Positions 32,601 through 41,681 of a DNA stretch of 64,000 bases are shown piece after piece. Below the pieces are notes generated by a model. The model searched no databases, was not told the origin of the DNA, and saw only the letters and a program-made list of their open reading frames with translations. Source of the stretch: Ignavibacteriaceae bacterium (GTDB taxonomy: Bacteria; Bacteroidota; Ignavibacteria; Ignavibacteriales; Ignavibacteriaceae). Positions within the stretch are counted from its first letter, which is position 1. Every line of letters starts with the position of its first letter. The stretch is from positions 521-64,520 of the forward strand of contig JBGAWM010000013.1 in NCBI GenBank assembly GCA_044227615.1, written 5' to 3'. The translations under genes were made by a program, and so were the position numbers.

Positions 32601-33197
32601 TGAAATATCTTTTTCTTCCAAAGAATAAATTTTTTCTTTTATAGTAAAAACATTTTTACGATTTTTAATCAGTTTTACAATTTGATTCTGCAGTTTAATT
32701 TTAGATGAGAATATTCTTATCAGATATTTTAGGTCTTCATTAACTAATTCATTCTCAAATGAAGCTCGTATCATCTCTTCGACAGAAAGTTCTATTAGTT
32801 CTTCAGATAAATTTTCATCGATGGGAATAAATCGTGCGTCCAGTTCCGCCTCAACAGAATATTCACGTAAAATACTGATACAAAAGGAATGTATAGTTGA
32901 AATGTTAGCTGAAACTAATTGCCTGCGAATTCTTTCAAGTTTCTTTTTTTCAGATACCTGACTGCTTTCCTTAATTCTTTCATCAATCAGGATTGAAATT
33001 TTATTATATAATTCACTCGCAGCTTTTTCTGTAAAAGTTATTGCAGCAACGCTGGATATTTCCAGATTTTCTTTTGTTAGTGCATCAAGATATTTTCTGG
33101 CAAGGACAAATGTCTTACCGGATCCGGCATTAGCCGTTAAAGCCATATGCCCTTGGGTGGCTAATGCAATTTCCTGGTGCGGAGTCAGTTTATTCAT
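29604..33197 (-). CDS. UvrD/AddA-type helicase fused to a PD-(D/E)XK nuclease with an AddB/Cas4-like Cys cluster
   Basis: Walker A ANAGSGKTF, DEFQDT (motif II), TIHLSKGLEFPVV and LLYVAVTRAK (motifs V/VI). The C-terminal nuclease region has CPLKY near its start and CKVCAFSGLTNKC at its end. Confidence 0.8.
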   Translation of the reverse strand: MNKLTPHQEIALATQGHMALTANAGSGKTFVLARKYLDALTKENLEISSVAAITFTEKAASELYNKISILIDERIKESSQVSEKKKLERIRRQLVSANISTIHSFCISILREYSVEAELDARFIPIDENLSEELIELSVEEMIRASFENELVNEDLKYLIRIFSSKIKLQNQIVKLIKNRKNVFTIKEKIYSLEEKDISNFFFDEFSKNFLTIWNKSKSVFIKNLNAINSAVLEIDSKNVRANEIDSKLKLLLIEVDLILILNQIAELRSLVFTKEYGIRKQGYLKGEIPQTLTGEIISAIELIKSFSSFYLPENHKEIELELARFGKKLINFFDYALSIYEGKKKNEGFIDYEDILLHTKLLLENKDVQKSLSEKYNFIMVDEFQDTNEIQYQIFLPILDYLKGGKLFIVGDEKQSIYKFRDAEIEIFNLTRSDIKNFVGEKNLLILPDSFRMTPTICAFCNYVFNNLFSEPDENLGEVPAIDLVCARVDDKIGHVEFLVSRAEDENNTDSEAELVAKKILFLSKNNGYTYKDFSILVRKRKYFADLEKVFLKYSIPFTIVGGRGFYQRQTISDVFNYLSFLADENNSTALVGLLRSPFFNVSDSKLFEISLNKGRSFWRKLNLVKDDYEIIRISELLNENISMSSSVSLPDLIYKIITERNFLSVLSSRKDSDQEIANLNKLISIARNFNAVGFRNLYDFLAFIKDSITSLADESQASIASNANAVQMMTIHLSKGLEFPVVFLYKTDEAGISNFIKTGEVKVDKKFGLLTKVPINQNYFDEYHIAPIALMYNYFEEKKNNAELKRLLYVAVTRAKDELYITSTIKKDESFNKDSFINLLAAGLKNNFSTDEIIINNELEILKFENGSFVNKRKQINLNIPITTNIEIEISDREEDIRDADKAEIIIASLHSQGKGEIISASKVSIYSQCPLKYLLTYEYGFGRFNSDYLNFKFTDKQKNRNSYLDYDAEHDIENDDERFESLENEVKDYDSALYGRLFHKAMEKSINPTEIEQFIADEFGADKKDERISEILIQRLQNDLLNFSKSKLYSILSSAEKYKNEFEIYVADRDYYLHGIIDKIIFNEKKILIYDYKTDDIEKKEIKKHSEYYLMQLKFYLYIASKLFTEFDSFEGSLVFVKHPDAFVTLNYDRNQLKHLEDEITNIIKSIRMKNSEKNIKHCKVCAFSGLTNKCIIN

Positions 33198-33209
33198 TTA
33201 TTAGTTTTA

Positions 33210-36200
33210 TTAGGCTTGCTGTTTGCGCTGAAATATTATTTCAAAAGTCGTTCCCTCCGATGAGCTTGACTTCAAATTAATTTCGCCATTGATACTTGTC
33301 ATAAATCTTTTTGCAAGACTTAATCCCAAACCCATTCCCTGCTTTTTAGTTGTAAAATGTTCATCAAATACTTTATCTTTTTCTGAATCATTAATCCCTT
33401 TTCCATTATCAGAAAAAAGCAATACAAATTTATTTTCATCTGCACTAAGATCAATTTTAATGGTTGTAGCATCTGCCTGCATTGCATTTCTAATAAGATT
33501 AATAAACATTCTTCTTAACTGACTAAGATCAGCCTCAATAATAGCTTGATTTAAATCAGTAATTATATTGATTGATATTTTTTCGCGTAGGTACATATTC
33601 AAGGTATCATTTAAAACAAAAAGCATGTCGAGTGTTTCAATTTTGAGGCTCGGCATTTTTGCAAATCGTGAAAATTCTGAAGCAATCTGATTAAGATTAT
33701 CAATTTGATTTAACACTGTGTGAGAAACTTTTTCAAAGAGTTTGTCAAAATCTTTACTCTTATCTTTATAGGAAATAATAAGCTGCTGAAGCGCTAATTT
33801 CATAGGAGTAAGCGGGTTTTTAATTTCGTGAGCAACTTGCTTAGCCATTTCTTTCCACGCGGCTTCTCTTTCCATTTCCGCAAGTTCAATCTGATTCTTC
33901 TTCAACTCGGATGTCATTTGATTAAATCCATCTAAAAGATCTTTAAGCTCTCCTCTTTCTCTGTGCTCAATTTGAATATTTAAATCACCTTTACTAACAG
34001 CTTCTGTAGCTTCAGTTAGTCTTTGTATAGGTTGTGATATTTGATTTGCAAAAAGTGTGCTTATTATGATTATAATAATTACGGCAAATGAATAAATGCC
34101 AAATATTACAACATTGATTTCTGTTGTTGAGAATATGATTTTTATTTTATTAAACGCATCATTAACAGATAAAATATACTCATTATCTCCAGCTTTGATG
34201 ATACGGTAATAGGAATCAAATTTGTAATTATTAAGCTTTTCAGAGGAAACATATTCTTTGTAACGCAAATAATTTAAATGATAATAAGCTTGAGGATTTA
34301 ATTTTGTGTCAAATAAACCTATTCTATTATAAATACTTTTTGAATTATATATCTGGTCTGTTGATACGTAAAGTGCGAATGAAATTCCTAATTCTCTTGC
34401 TGCATTTTCAGATACTGTTATAATATCCCGATTTTTGTTCTTTTCAAGTTGACTGGTAAGGTGCTTCTCAATATAATTTGCTCTTTGACTTAGCTCATTA
34501 AATATCCCTTCTTGCGCACGCTCACTAACAATTTTAGTATTGTACAATGCAAGAACAACAACAGGAATAATAGAAATGACTAAAAACGCAAACAATAATT
34601 TGGATTTAAAACTTAAATTTATTTTTCCTACTCGACTAAGCAGGATAATTATAAACGCAACAACTATAAACAATGAATGAATAATGAATATCTTAAAGAA
34701 ATTAAAAAGATTCCAGGAGAAAGCTTTTTCTTCTAAAGAAACTGTTGTTGTAATATCAGAACCGTTATATTGATTTCTTAGTAAGTAAGTTTCAAATGTT
34801 TCTGTATCAAACCTTATTTTTAACCATGCTTCGTTGTAAAGGCTGTCAACCTCTGTTTGAAGTATTTGCTTTATTTGATCTCGTGATGGATACACATCTC
34901 CGTAAACCTCAGTTAATTGTTGATCATAAAATTGAAAAATCTTAAGTTTTTTTATATCGATAACTCTATTTAGTATCGATAGATTAGATTCAACAAAATC
35001 CGGAAAATTTAATGCGCCGATTGATTTTATATCAAAACTAACGAAAGCAGAAACGTATCCCTTTGTTATTCCTCTTTCTTCAATTTTAATTACGCCTGCA
35101 TAATACTTCCCTGTACCAACTTCTTTATTTTCAATTTCAACAATATTTATTTCATCACTACTACTGAGGTATTTAAATACTTTCTTATCAGGATTTAATC
35201 CCACACTATATTCACCAATAACATTTTGAGATTTATCGTAAAATCTTATTCCTGAATTAAACGATTCACGCTGCATTGCACTATTTCCCCATATTTTAAA
35301 AGCAAGAGCATCGTAATTGGCATAACGATCACCAAACATTTTTACAATATCATTTCTATTTCTAATATCTGATAAAGTTTCTTCCAGCATAAATGAAAGA
35401 AGATTTGAATCGGCTCTGTTTATTTCAAATGCTGTAGTTTTAAGTGATTCCCTTTCCAACTTTGTATTAAAATAATTTAATAGTGATATGGAGATTATCG
35501 ATCCAATTAACAGGATAAATAAATAATTATATGCTGAGTTTATATTTTTAAATGTGATCTGATAGAAAAGTATAAATAAGAGTAATACAAATATTAGCAG
35601 CATAACCGGATTTATTAACGGATCTTTACTAAAATAAAATGAAAGAAATATTATTACAGCCATGGAAATTAGAACAGTAAACAGCATACTTTTTTTCAGT
35701 CTGTTAATATCAAGACCTGCAAACTTAATACTCAAATTTATTATGCCCGTAATTGCAAGAACACAAGCAAATGACAATAGTAGCATATTAAGGTTCATTG
35801 CAAGAGAAGGTAAATCCGGTAGAATATTTGGCTCTTTAAAGTATCTTATCGTCGAATCAAAAATTATGCTTTTGATCGAAGCACTCAATCCCCTTATAAT
35901 CAAAAAGATAATTATTGAAAAAATAATTAAACCAAAGTAACCAGCATATTTGAACTTAATACTCTTTGCAGACTGAATATATTTTTGGGTGTATCTGTAA
36001 AATTGAACTGCAATAACCACTACAAAAAGTATGGTGGTAAAAAATTCAATGGGGGATTTTACTATTCCCCATCCAAACGGTGATGAGAAGTAAGATGGAT
36101 CAGAAAGAGGACCTTTTATAAAACTGGTAGGAAAATCAAAAAGAAAAATAAGTGCTCGTAAAATGGTGAAGTAGATTACGATTAAAATAAATCGAAACAG

Positions 36201-37043
36201 ATATGAATCTAATTTTCTAAAATCACCATTCAGTCCAAACCCGGCAAATAAGAAAGCAATCATAACCAGTAATGATTGAACTTTTGTTGCTGTTTCTTTC
36301 AGTTGATTTATTGAACTACTTAACAATGGTTTTTGAAATGAAACCATCCCTATTTTGTTCGCTTTGGAATTTAGAAGTGCAAATGAAAACTTTCTTCCAT
36401 CTTTGGATTTTTCTGCATAGGGAGAATATTCTAATGCTAGATCAATTTGGTATTTAGTGGTTAGTTCTTTTTGAAAACTTATATTTTTAGAATACTGATT
36501 ATTAATTTTGAATTTTTCTTCAATTGGGGTTGAGATGGCAATGTAGAAGATATCTGATTCAAGATGGGTTGTATCTATTATTGATAAATATTCAAGCAGG
36601 TCTTTGGAAAGAAAATAAGTTTCGCTCAACGGAAAACTTAACGGAAATAATTCATCCTGATCAACAGCAATTATCTGATTCCATGCAATTAACTTTCCAT
36701 TCGGAGCAAATATTTCAATTGAGTAATCATCAAAAACTTCATCATTAATTAACTTTACTATTTCTTTATAGGACTCATTTTCGGGTGTAAGGGATTTTCT
36801 TAGATCCTGACGAACTAAGTTTAATTTATCTGATATATCTTTTTGTTTTTTATCAAAATCATTCTTAATTGATTCTTGTAGATTAGAAATTTTATCAATC
36901 AGAATACTATTCCAATTTTCTTTGTTTCTATTAATAACTGAATCTGTAACTATGCCCGATACAACAAGCATAATTAAAATAAAAAAGACGATAGAGAAAT
37001 ATTTTCTATCGCCTTTAAACTTTTCAGTTATCTTTTTAAACAT
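33210..37043 (-). CDS. large multi-pass sensor histidine kinase (HAMP, NtrY-like HisKA, HATPase_c)
   Basis: The HAMP segment lies around PIQRLTEATEAVSKGDL. H-box VAHEIKNPLTPMKLALQQL, N-box NLIRNAMQA, G-boxes DNGKGI and GMGLGLSL. Confidence 0.85.
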   Translation of the reverse strand: MFKKITEKFKGDRKYFSIVFFILIMLVVSGIVTDSVINRNKENWNSILIDKISNLQESIKNDFDKKQKDISDKLNLVRQDLRKSLTPENESYKEIVKLINDEVFDDYSIEIFAPNGKLIAWNQIIAVDQDELFPLSFPLSETYFLSKDLLEYLSIIDTTHLESDIFYIAISTPIEEKFKINNQYSKNISFQKELTTKYQIDLALEYSPYAEKSKDGRKFSFALLNSKANKIGMVSFQKPLLSSSINQLKETATKVQSLLVMIAFLFAGFGLNGDFRKLDSYLFRFILIVIYFTILRALIFLFDFPTSFIKGPLSDPSYFSSPFGWGIVKSPIEFFTTILFVVVIAVQFYRYTQKYIQSAKSIKFKYAGYFGLIIFSIIIFLIIRGLSASIKSIIFDSTIRYFKEPNILPDLPSLAMNLNMLLLSFACVLAITGIINLSIKFAGLDINRLKKSMLFTVLISMAVIIFLSFYFSKDPLINPVMLLIFVLLLFILFYQITFKNINSAYNYLFILLIGSIISISLLNYFNTKLERESLKTTAFEINRADSNLLSFMLEETLSDIRNRNDIVKMFGDRYANYDALAFKIWGNSAMQRESFNSGIRFYDKSQNVIGEYSVGLNPDKKVFKYLSSSDEINIVEIENKEVGTGKYYAGVIKIEERGITKGYVSAFVSFDIKSIGALNFPDFVESNLSILNRVIDIKKLKIFQFYDQQLTEVYGDVYPSRDQIKQILQTEVDSLYNEAWLKIRFDTETFETYLLRNQYNGSDITTTVSLEEKAFSWNLFNFFKIFIIHSLFIVVAFIIILLSRVGKINLSFKSKLLFAFLVISIIPVVVLALYNTKIVSERAQEGIFNELSQRANYIEKHLTSQLEKNKNRDIITVSENAARELGISFALYVSTDQIYNSKSIYNRIGLFDTKLNPQAYYHLNYLRYKEYVSSEKLNNYKFDSYYRIIKAGDNEYILSVNDAFNKIKIIFSTTEINVVIFGIYSFAVIIIIIISTLFANQISQPIQRLTEATEAVSKGDLNIQIEHRERGELKDLLDGFNQMTSELKKNQIELAEMEREAAWKEMAKQVAHEIKNPLTPMKLALQQLIISYKDKSKDFDKLFEKVSHTVLNQIDNLNQIASEFSRFAKMPSLKIETLDMLFVLNDTLNMYLREKISINIITDLNQAIIEADLSQLRRMFINLIRNAMQADATTIKIDLSADENKFVLLFSDNGKGINDSEKDKVFDEHFTTKKQGMGLGLSLAKRFMTSINGEINLKSSSSEGTTFEIIFQRKQQA

Positions 37044-37486
37044 CAGTTAATAGTAAATTGAGTAATAATCCAATTATTGCCGATTTTCTTTAATGAAATA
37101 TAAACCTGTGCTGTACTTCTCTGCCCTTTATTATCATAATTATAAGTGCCTGTTGCATGAGAATTAGTTTTATCAACTTTTACATAATCAAATTTAAAAG
37201 AAGTAACCTTATAGAGATTAAAAAAATCCTCTAAAACATAAAATGCTTGATTGCTGCTATAGTAACCATTTATACCGGTTGAAAAGCTGAAGTAAGTTTG
37301 CTGACCAAAATATTTAGAAATTTTTGAAACTTTAGCTCCTTTTATTCCCGATTCAATTTCTTTAAAAATCAATTCTTCAGGTTGGGTTTGTTTTTTGGTC
37401 TCTGTTCTCTTGGTAGTATCGGAAGTCTGTGGATAGGACACCGAGAAAAAGAAGAAGCAAATAATTATGTAAAAATATTTATTCAT
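37043..37486 (-). CDS. secreted small protein (possibly DUF4783-like)
   Basis: Signal peptide followed by a ~120-aa alpha+beta pattern. Its stop overlaps the kinase start by 1 nt. The family assignment is tentative. Confidence 0.4.
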   Translation of the reverse strand: MNKYFYIIICFFFFSVSYPQTSDTTKRTETKKQTQPEELIFKEIESGIKGAKVSKISKYFGQQTYFSFSTGINGYYSSNQAFYVLEDFFNLYKVTSFKFDYVKVDKTNSHATGTYNYDNKGQRSTAQVYISLKKIGNNWIITQFTIN

Positions 37487-37561
37487 ATTAATAAGATAAG
37501 TCGTGAACCCATATTTGTAAACTTCAAATACAAGTTCACGACAAAAGTAATAAAATCTTAA

Positions 37562-38368
37562 TTATCTCGCCAACTCTAATTTATCCAACTTACGTTCTCC
37601 ACCTTTTACAACAGGTTTCAATTGTGGTTCACCTTCAACTAACTGGAATGCCCAATCAAAAACTACTCTGTCAGCGGTAATGTTATTTACTCTGATCTTA
37701 GCAAAGTGGTTATCCCAAGTCCAGATTACATAAGTGTGCCCAACTATCGCAATTTCTTCTTTGTTAACAGCCCATCCGCTGTTTGGGGCGTAAGGAATAT
37801 CATAAATATCATTTGTTTGCCCCATATCCCGAATATCAGTATCATCATAAACTCTTAAATAACCTGTCCCTTGATACATTTCAAAAAAGAAATCTACATC
37901 CTGAGCATCATAAGGAACAGTAGAATAAGTTGTAAATGTATAACCTGAATTATTTGGGAATCTTATATAATCAAAAATAGCTTGATTAAATCCTTCAGGT
38001 CTTGGTGTAGAGTAGATTACATCATAACTAAGTTCACTTTCGTTACCGTTATAATCGTAAGCTGCAACAGCATAGTAATATTTATTTCCATTAACAGCTT
38101 CTAAATCTGCAAAATAAGTTCCCGAAGTTGATCCAATCAAAGTATACTTTCCTTCATAAGTGTAGTTGTAATATACATTGTATCCGGCAACATCAGATTC
38201 TCTGTTTTGATTCCAATATATATCAACTCGACTATCGCCATTTAAAACTTGGATTCCAGATGGCGGAGATGGAGGTGTATAGTCCTGATAATATGAATCG
38301 TTTACATCACAAGAACTCAATATTAGAGCTGCGAGGATTAAGAATGCGGAGATTGATAGCTTTTTCAT
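37562..38368 (-). CDS. fibronectin type III domain lipoprotein
   Basis: ATG at 38368 is preceded by AAGGTGA and gives MKKLSISAFLILAALILSSC (lipobox). PPSPPSGIQVLNGDSRVDIYW...GYNVYY...YYYAVAAYDYNGNES is an FN3 pattern. Confidence 0.7.
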   Translation of the reverse strand: MKKLSISAFLILAALILSSCDVNDSYYQDYTPPSPPSGIQVLNGDSRVDIYWNQNRESDVAGYNVYYNYTYEGKYTLIGSTSGTYFADLEAVNGNKYYYAVAAYDYNGNESELSYDVIYSTPRPEGFNQAIFDYIRFPNNSGYTFTTYSTVPYDAQDVDFFFEMYQGTGYLRVYDDTDIRDMGQTNDIYDIPYAPNSGWAVNKEEIAIVGHTYVIWTWDNHFAKIRVNNITADRVVFDWAFQLVEGEPQLKPVVKGGERKLDKLELAR

Positions 38369-38523
38369 TTTGATCACCTTTACTGTGTTTTCCATTTCTG
38401 CTTTAATTAGCCAAAATGAATGCCATGTAAAAACCCTGTTATTAGTGATTAAACGAAGAATTTTAAGCGGATATGTATATTTAATTGAACAATTAGTGAA
38501 CAATTACATACTTCTAGATGTAT

Positions 38524-39822
38524 TTAGATTTTAGTAAAGTTTCCGTCCATAAACATCAACCCTTTATTTATAACGCCGATCGATTTTCCAGTAAGCAAGC
38601 GTTTGTCAAAAGGTGTGTTTGAAGATTTTGAATGGAATTTTTTCTTATCAACGGTCCAAACTGCATCAATATCTAAGATTGTCAGGTTCGCAATCTCACC
38701 CTCTTTTATTTCTGGTACAAGTAGATTAAGAATTTTTCTAGGATTGATTGAAAGTTTTTCAATTATCTGCTCAAGTGATAAGATTTTTTTATGATACAAT
38801 TCTGTAAATGTTAATCCAATCTGAGTTTCTAAACCAATTATTCCATTTGGTGCATATTCAAATTCCATTTCTTTTTCTTCTAAAGAATGCGGTGCGTGAT
38901 CAGAGGCAATGCAATCAATGGTTCCATCTTTTAATCCTCTTATTATTTCATCAACATCTGATTTCGTTCTTAGTGGCGGATTCATTTTTACATTTGTATC
39001 ATAAGTTTTAACCGCATCATCTGTTAATGTAAAATGGTGTGGAGCAACTTCTGCTGTAACTTTTATCCCTTTTTTCTTTGCATCACGAACCATCTCAACA
39101 GATTTTTTGCTGCTGATATGTGCTATATGTACTTTTGCATCTGTATACTCAGCCATTAAAATATCTCGCATTACAATCAGATCTTCAGCTACAGATGGAA
39201 TCGGAGGAAGTCCAAGTAGTGTTGAGTTAACACTTTCATTCATTGCACCACCGGCAAGCGATTCATCCTCACAATGTTCGATGATTGGCAGATCAAACAT
39301 CTTAGCATACTCTAGTGAACGTTTTAGAATTGAAGCGGTTTTAATTGCAATTCCATCATCAGAAAATCCAACCACACCAGCATCCTTTAGTTCAGCCATC
39401 GGGGAAAGTACTTCACCTTTTCTTCCAATTGTTGCGGCCCCAACTGGATAAACATCAACCAAATGATTTGCAGATTGCTTTTTTATTAATGTTACAACTT
39501 CAGCAGAATCAATTGCCGGATCAGTATTTGGCATACAGGCTATTCCAGTAAAACCTCCATTCGCTGCTGCGTTACAACCTGTTATAACGGTTTCTTCATC
39601 TTCCCTGCCGGGTTCTCGTAAATGAACGTGCATATCAAAAAATCCGGGAACTATAAATTTTCCGTCTAATTCAAAAACCTTTGCATCTTTAATTTCAGCA
39701 TCAGTTAGTTTTCCAATTTTTTTGAACTTGCCTTCTTCAATCAAAACATTAACATTTTTTTCATTAAGTTTTTGATGCGGGTGTACAATGTTTACGTTTT
39801 TTAATACTACTTTCATTTTCAA
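38524..39822 (-). CDS. pyrC: dihydroorotase
   Basis: DMHVHLREPG metal-binding motif, IASDHAPH, 432 aa, within the pyr operon. Confidence 0.92.
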   Translation of the reverse strand: MKMKVVLKNVNIVHPHQKLNEKNVNVLIEEGKFKKIGKLTDAEIKDAKVFELDGKFIVPGFFDMHVHLREPGREDEETVITGCNAAANGGFTGIACMPNTDPAIDSAEVVTLIKKQSANHLVDVYPVGAATIGRKGEVLSPMAELKDAGVVGFSDDGIAIKTASILKRSLEYAKMFDLPIIEHCEDESLAGGAMNESVNSTLLGLPPIPSVAEDLIVMRDILMAEYTDAKVHIAHISSKKSVEMVRDAKKKGIKVTAEVAPHHFTLTDDAVKTYDTNVKMNPPLRTKSDVDEIIRGLKDGTIDCIASDHAPHSLEEKEMEFEYAPNGIIGLETQIGLTFTELYHKKILSLEQIIEKLSINPRKILNLLVPEIKEGEIANLTILDIDAVWTVDKKKFHSKSSNTPFDKRLLTGKSIGVINKGLMFMDGNFTKI

Positions 39823-39828
39823 AACCTT

Positions 39829-40749
39829 CTAATTAAGTGTTCCGAGTAAATAGAGTACTGCCATTCTTACAGCAACACCATTTGTAACTTGTTGTAAAAT
39901 TATTTGGGAGTTTCCATCAGCAACATCTGAAGATATCTCAACTCCTCTGTTTATAGGGCCTGGATGAAGTATCAAAATATCTTTACCATTTTTTTCTAAT
40001 CGCTCTTTATCAATTCCAAAATATTTTGAGTACTCCCTGATTGATGGAAAATATTCACGTGCTTTTCTTTCGAGTTGAATTCTTAAAACATTCAGTACAT
40101 CATTTTCCTGTATTGCTTCATCTATATTATGTATCACATCAACACCAAGTTCATCAAGATATTTTGGGATCATAGTAGATGGACCGCAAACGGAAACTTT
40201 AGCCCCCATCGTCTTCAATCCATAAATGTTTGAAAGAGCCACGCGGCTATGAGCAACATCCCCAACAATACAAACTTTTAATCCTTCTAGTTTTCCCAGC
40301 TTTTCACGAATTGAATACATATCCAGCAAACCCTGGGTTGGGTGTTCATGTATTCCATCTCCGGCATTAATTACATTTGAATCTGAAATTTTTGTTAACA
40401 TTAGCGGAACACCTGCACAAGCATGCCGAACGACAATCATATCAACTTTCATAGCTTCGATATTTTTTACAGTATCTTTTAATGTTTCACCTTTGCTAAC
40501 ACTACTGCCAGAAACCGCAAAGTTTATCGAATCAGCAGATAATCTTTTTTCTGCCAGCTCAAAAGAAATTCTTGTTCTTGTTGAACTTTCGTAAAAAAGA
40601 TTAACAACTGTTTTACCTTGAAGCGTAGGAACTTTTTTAATCGGTCTCTCAAGTATTTCGCGAAAAGTTGTTGCAGTATCTAAAATTAGTTGGATATCTT
40701 CTTTGGGGACATCCTTTAGACCTAATAAATGCCGGCTTGATAATGACAT
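39829..40749 (-). CDS. pyrB: aspartate carbamoyltransferase catalytic subunit
   Basis: STRTR, HPTQ and HPGP(I)NRG motifs. Confidence 0.95.
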   Translation of the reverse strand: MSLSSRHLLGLKDVPKEDIQLILDTATTFREILERPIKKVPTLQGKTVVNLFYESSTRTRISFELAEKRLSADSINFAVSGSSVSKGETLKDTVKNIEAMKVDMIVVRHACAGVPLMLTKISDSNVINAGDGIHEHPTQGLLDMYSIREKLGKLEGLKVCIVGDVAHSRVALSNIYGLKTMGAKVSVCGPSTMIPKYLDELGVDVIHNIDEAIQENDVLNVLRIQLERKAREYFPSIREYSKYFGIDKERLEKNGKDILILHPGPINRGVEISSDVADGNSQIILQQVTNGVAVRMAVLYLLGTLN

Positions 40750-40755
40750 GTTTCT

Positions 40756-41301
40756 TTATTTCTTTTCTGATTCTATAATATAGATGGCGTCTTCACCATC
40801 GTGTTCTTTAATTTTAACTTTTATTTCTTCGTTTTGGGAGGTGGGAATATTTTTCCCAACATAGTCAGCACGTATTGGTAATTCTCGGTGCCCTCTATCA
40901 ATCATAATACAAAGCTGGATTGAGCTCGGTCTTCCCATATCCATAATTGCGTTTAATGCTGAACGAACTGTTCTTCCTGTGAACAAAACATCATCAACGA
41001 GAATTATATCCTTTTCATTTATATCAAACGTGATGTTGGAAACAGAAACTTCCGGCTGTTTTAATCTTGTTCTAAAATCATCCCGATAAAGTGTAACATC
41101 AAGCACTCCAAAAGGAATTTCAGTGTTATCTATCTGGCGAATTTTCTCAGCAATTCGTTTCCCTAGAAACTCCCCTCGGGTTCTCATACCCATTAAAACA
41201 AGATTGTGCGAACCTTTGTTTTTTTCAAGAATTTCGTGAGCCATTCTTGTAAGGATTCGGTCAAATCCTTCCGCATCTATTATTTTTGATTTTACATCCA
41301 T
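40756..41301 (-). CDS. pyrR: bifunctional pyrimidine operon regulator / uracil phosphoribosyltransferase PyrR
   Basis: The PRPP-binding loop VDDVLFTGRT and the overall match support PyrR. ATG at 41301 (MDVKSK) is preferred over the upstream TTG listed in the track. Confidence 0.9.
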   Translation of the reverse strand: MDVKSKIIDAEGFDRILTRMAHEILEKNKGSHNLVLMGMRTRGEFLGKRIAEKIRQIDNTEIPFGVLDVTLYRDDFRTRLKQPEVSVSNITFDINEKDIILVDDVLFTGRTVRSALNAIMDMGRPSSIQLCIMIDRGHRELPIRADYVGKNIPTSQNEEIKVKIKEHDGEDAIYIIESEKK

Positions 41302-41304
41302 ATA

Positions 41305-41394
41305 CAAAAAAGCCTCTTCGGATTAATTATCCTCAGAGGTTTACCTTCTTCTTATTTTAATTGATTTTTTCATCCTTTTCCATCTCTCTGGATA
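41305..41394 (-). promoter_or_regulatory. PyrR-dependent transcription attenuator (binding loop plus terminator)
   Basis: The minus strand contains UAUCCAGAGAGAUGG (41394-41381), matching the PyrR RNA-binding core UCCAGAGAGG. Downstream is the hairpin CCUCUgaGG...CCgaAGAGG plus CUUUUUU (41340-41305), just before the pyrR start. Confidence 0.7.
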
Positions 41395-41512
41395 GAGTTA
41401 AAGGTTAATTTTATTTGAACCAAACTTAAGGGTATTAATTTTTAAAGTAAAGGTTAAATCAGTATTCATTAGAAATTATTTTTTATATTTGGAGTATAAA
41501 TAAACACCTTTT

Positions 41513-41586
41513 CGGGGTGTAGCGCAGCCCGGTAGCGCGCTTCGTTCGGGACGAAGAGGCCGTAGGTTCGAATCCTATCACCCCGA
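41513..41586 (+). tRNA. tRNA-Pro (anticodon CGG)
   Basis: Hand-folded cloverleaf: acceptor CGGGGTG/CACCCCG, D arm GCGC..GCGC, anticodon stem CTTCG/CGAAG with loop TTCGGGA (CGG at positions 34-36), T arm GTAGG-TTCGAAT-CCTAT, discriminator A. No encoded CCA. Confidence 0.92.
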
Positions 41587-41605
41587 CTATTTGAAATAAT
41601 TTAAC

Positions 41606-41665
41606 GATGAGGTTGTAGGTTCTCACATATTGATGGCTTTGCCAGAATCCTATCACCCCGACCAA
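41606..41665 (+). other. degenerate duplicate of the tRNA-Pro 3' part (variable/T arm to acceptor 3' strand plus CCA), possible att-site scar
   Basis: GATGAGGTTGTAGGTTC-[22-nt insert]-GAATCCTATCACCCCGACCA. The last 18 nt before CA repeat 41570-41587 exactly. The copy ends in ACCA whereas the functional gene is followed by ACTA. Confidence 0.6.
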
Positions 41666-41681
41666 CTAATTTTGGTTTAAA

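Noticed and set aside
38369-38503. 45-aa N-terminal extension of the FN3 lipoprotein ORF
   Set aside because: The internal ATG at 38368 has a good SD (AAGGTGA) and yields a canonical lipoprotein signal peptide. The extension has no signal features.
41483-41665. 60-aa minus-strand ORF
   Set aside because: It overlaps tRNA-Pro and its duplicated 3' end. It is an artefact of the GC-rich tRNA sequence.
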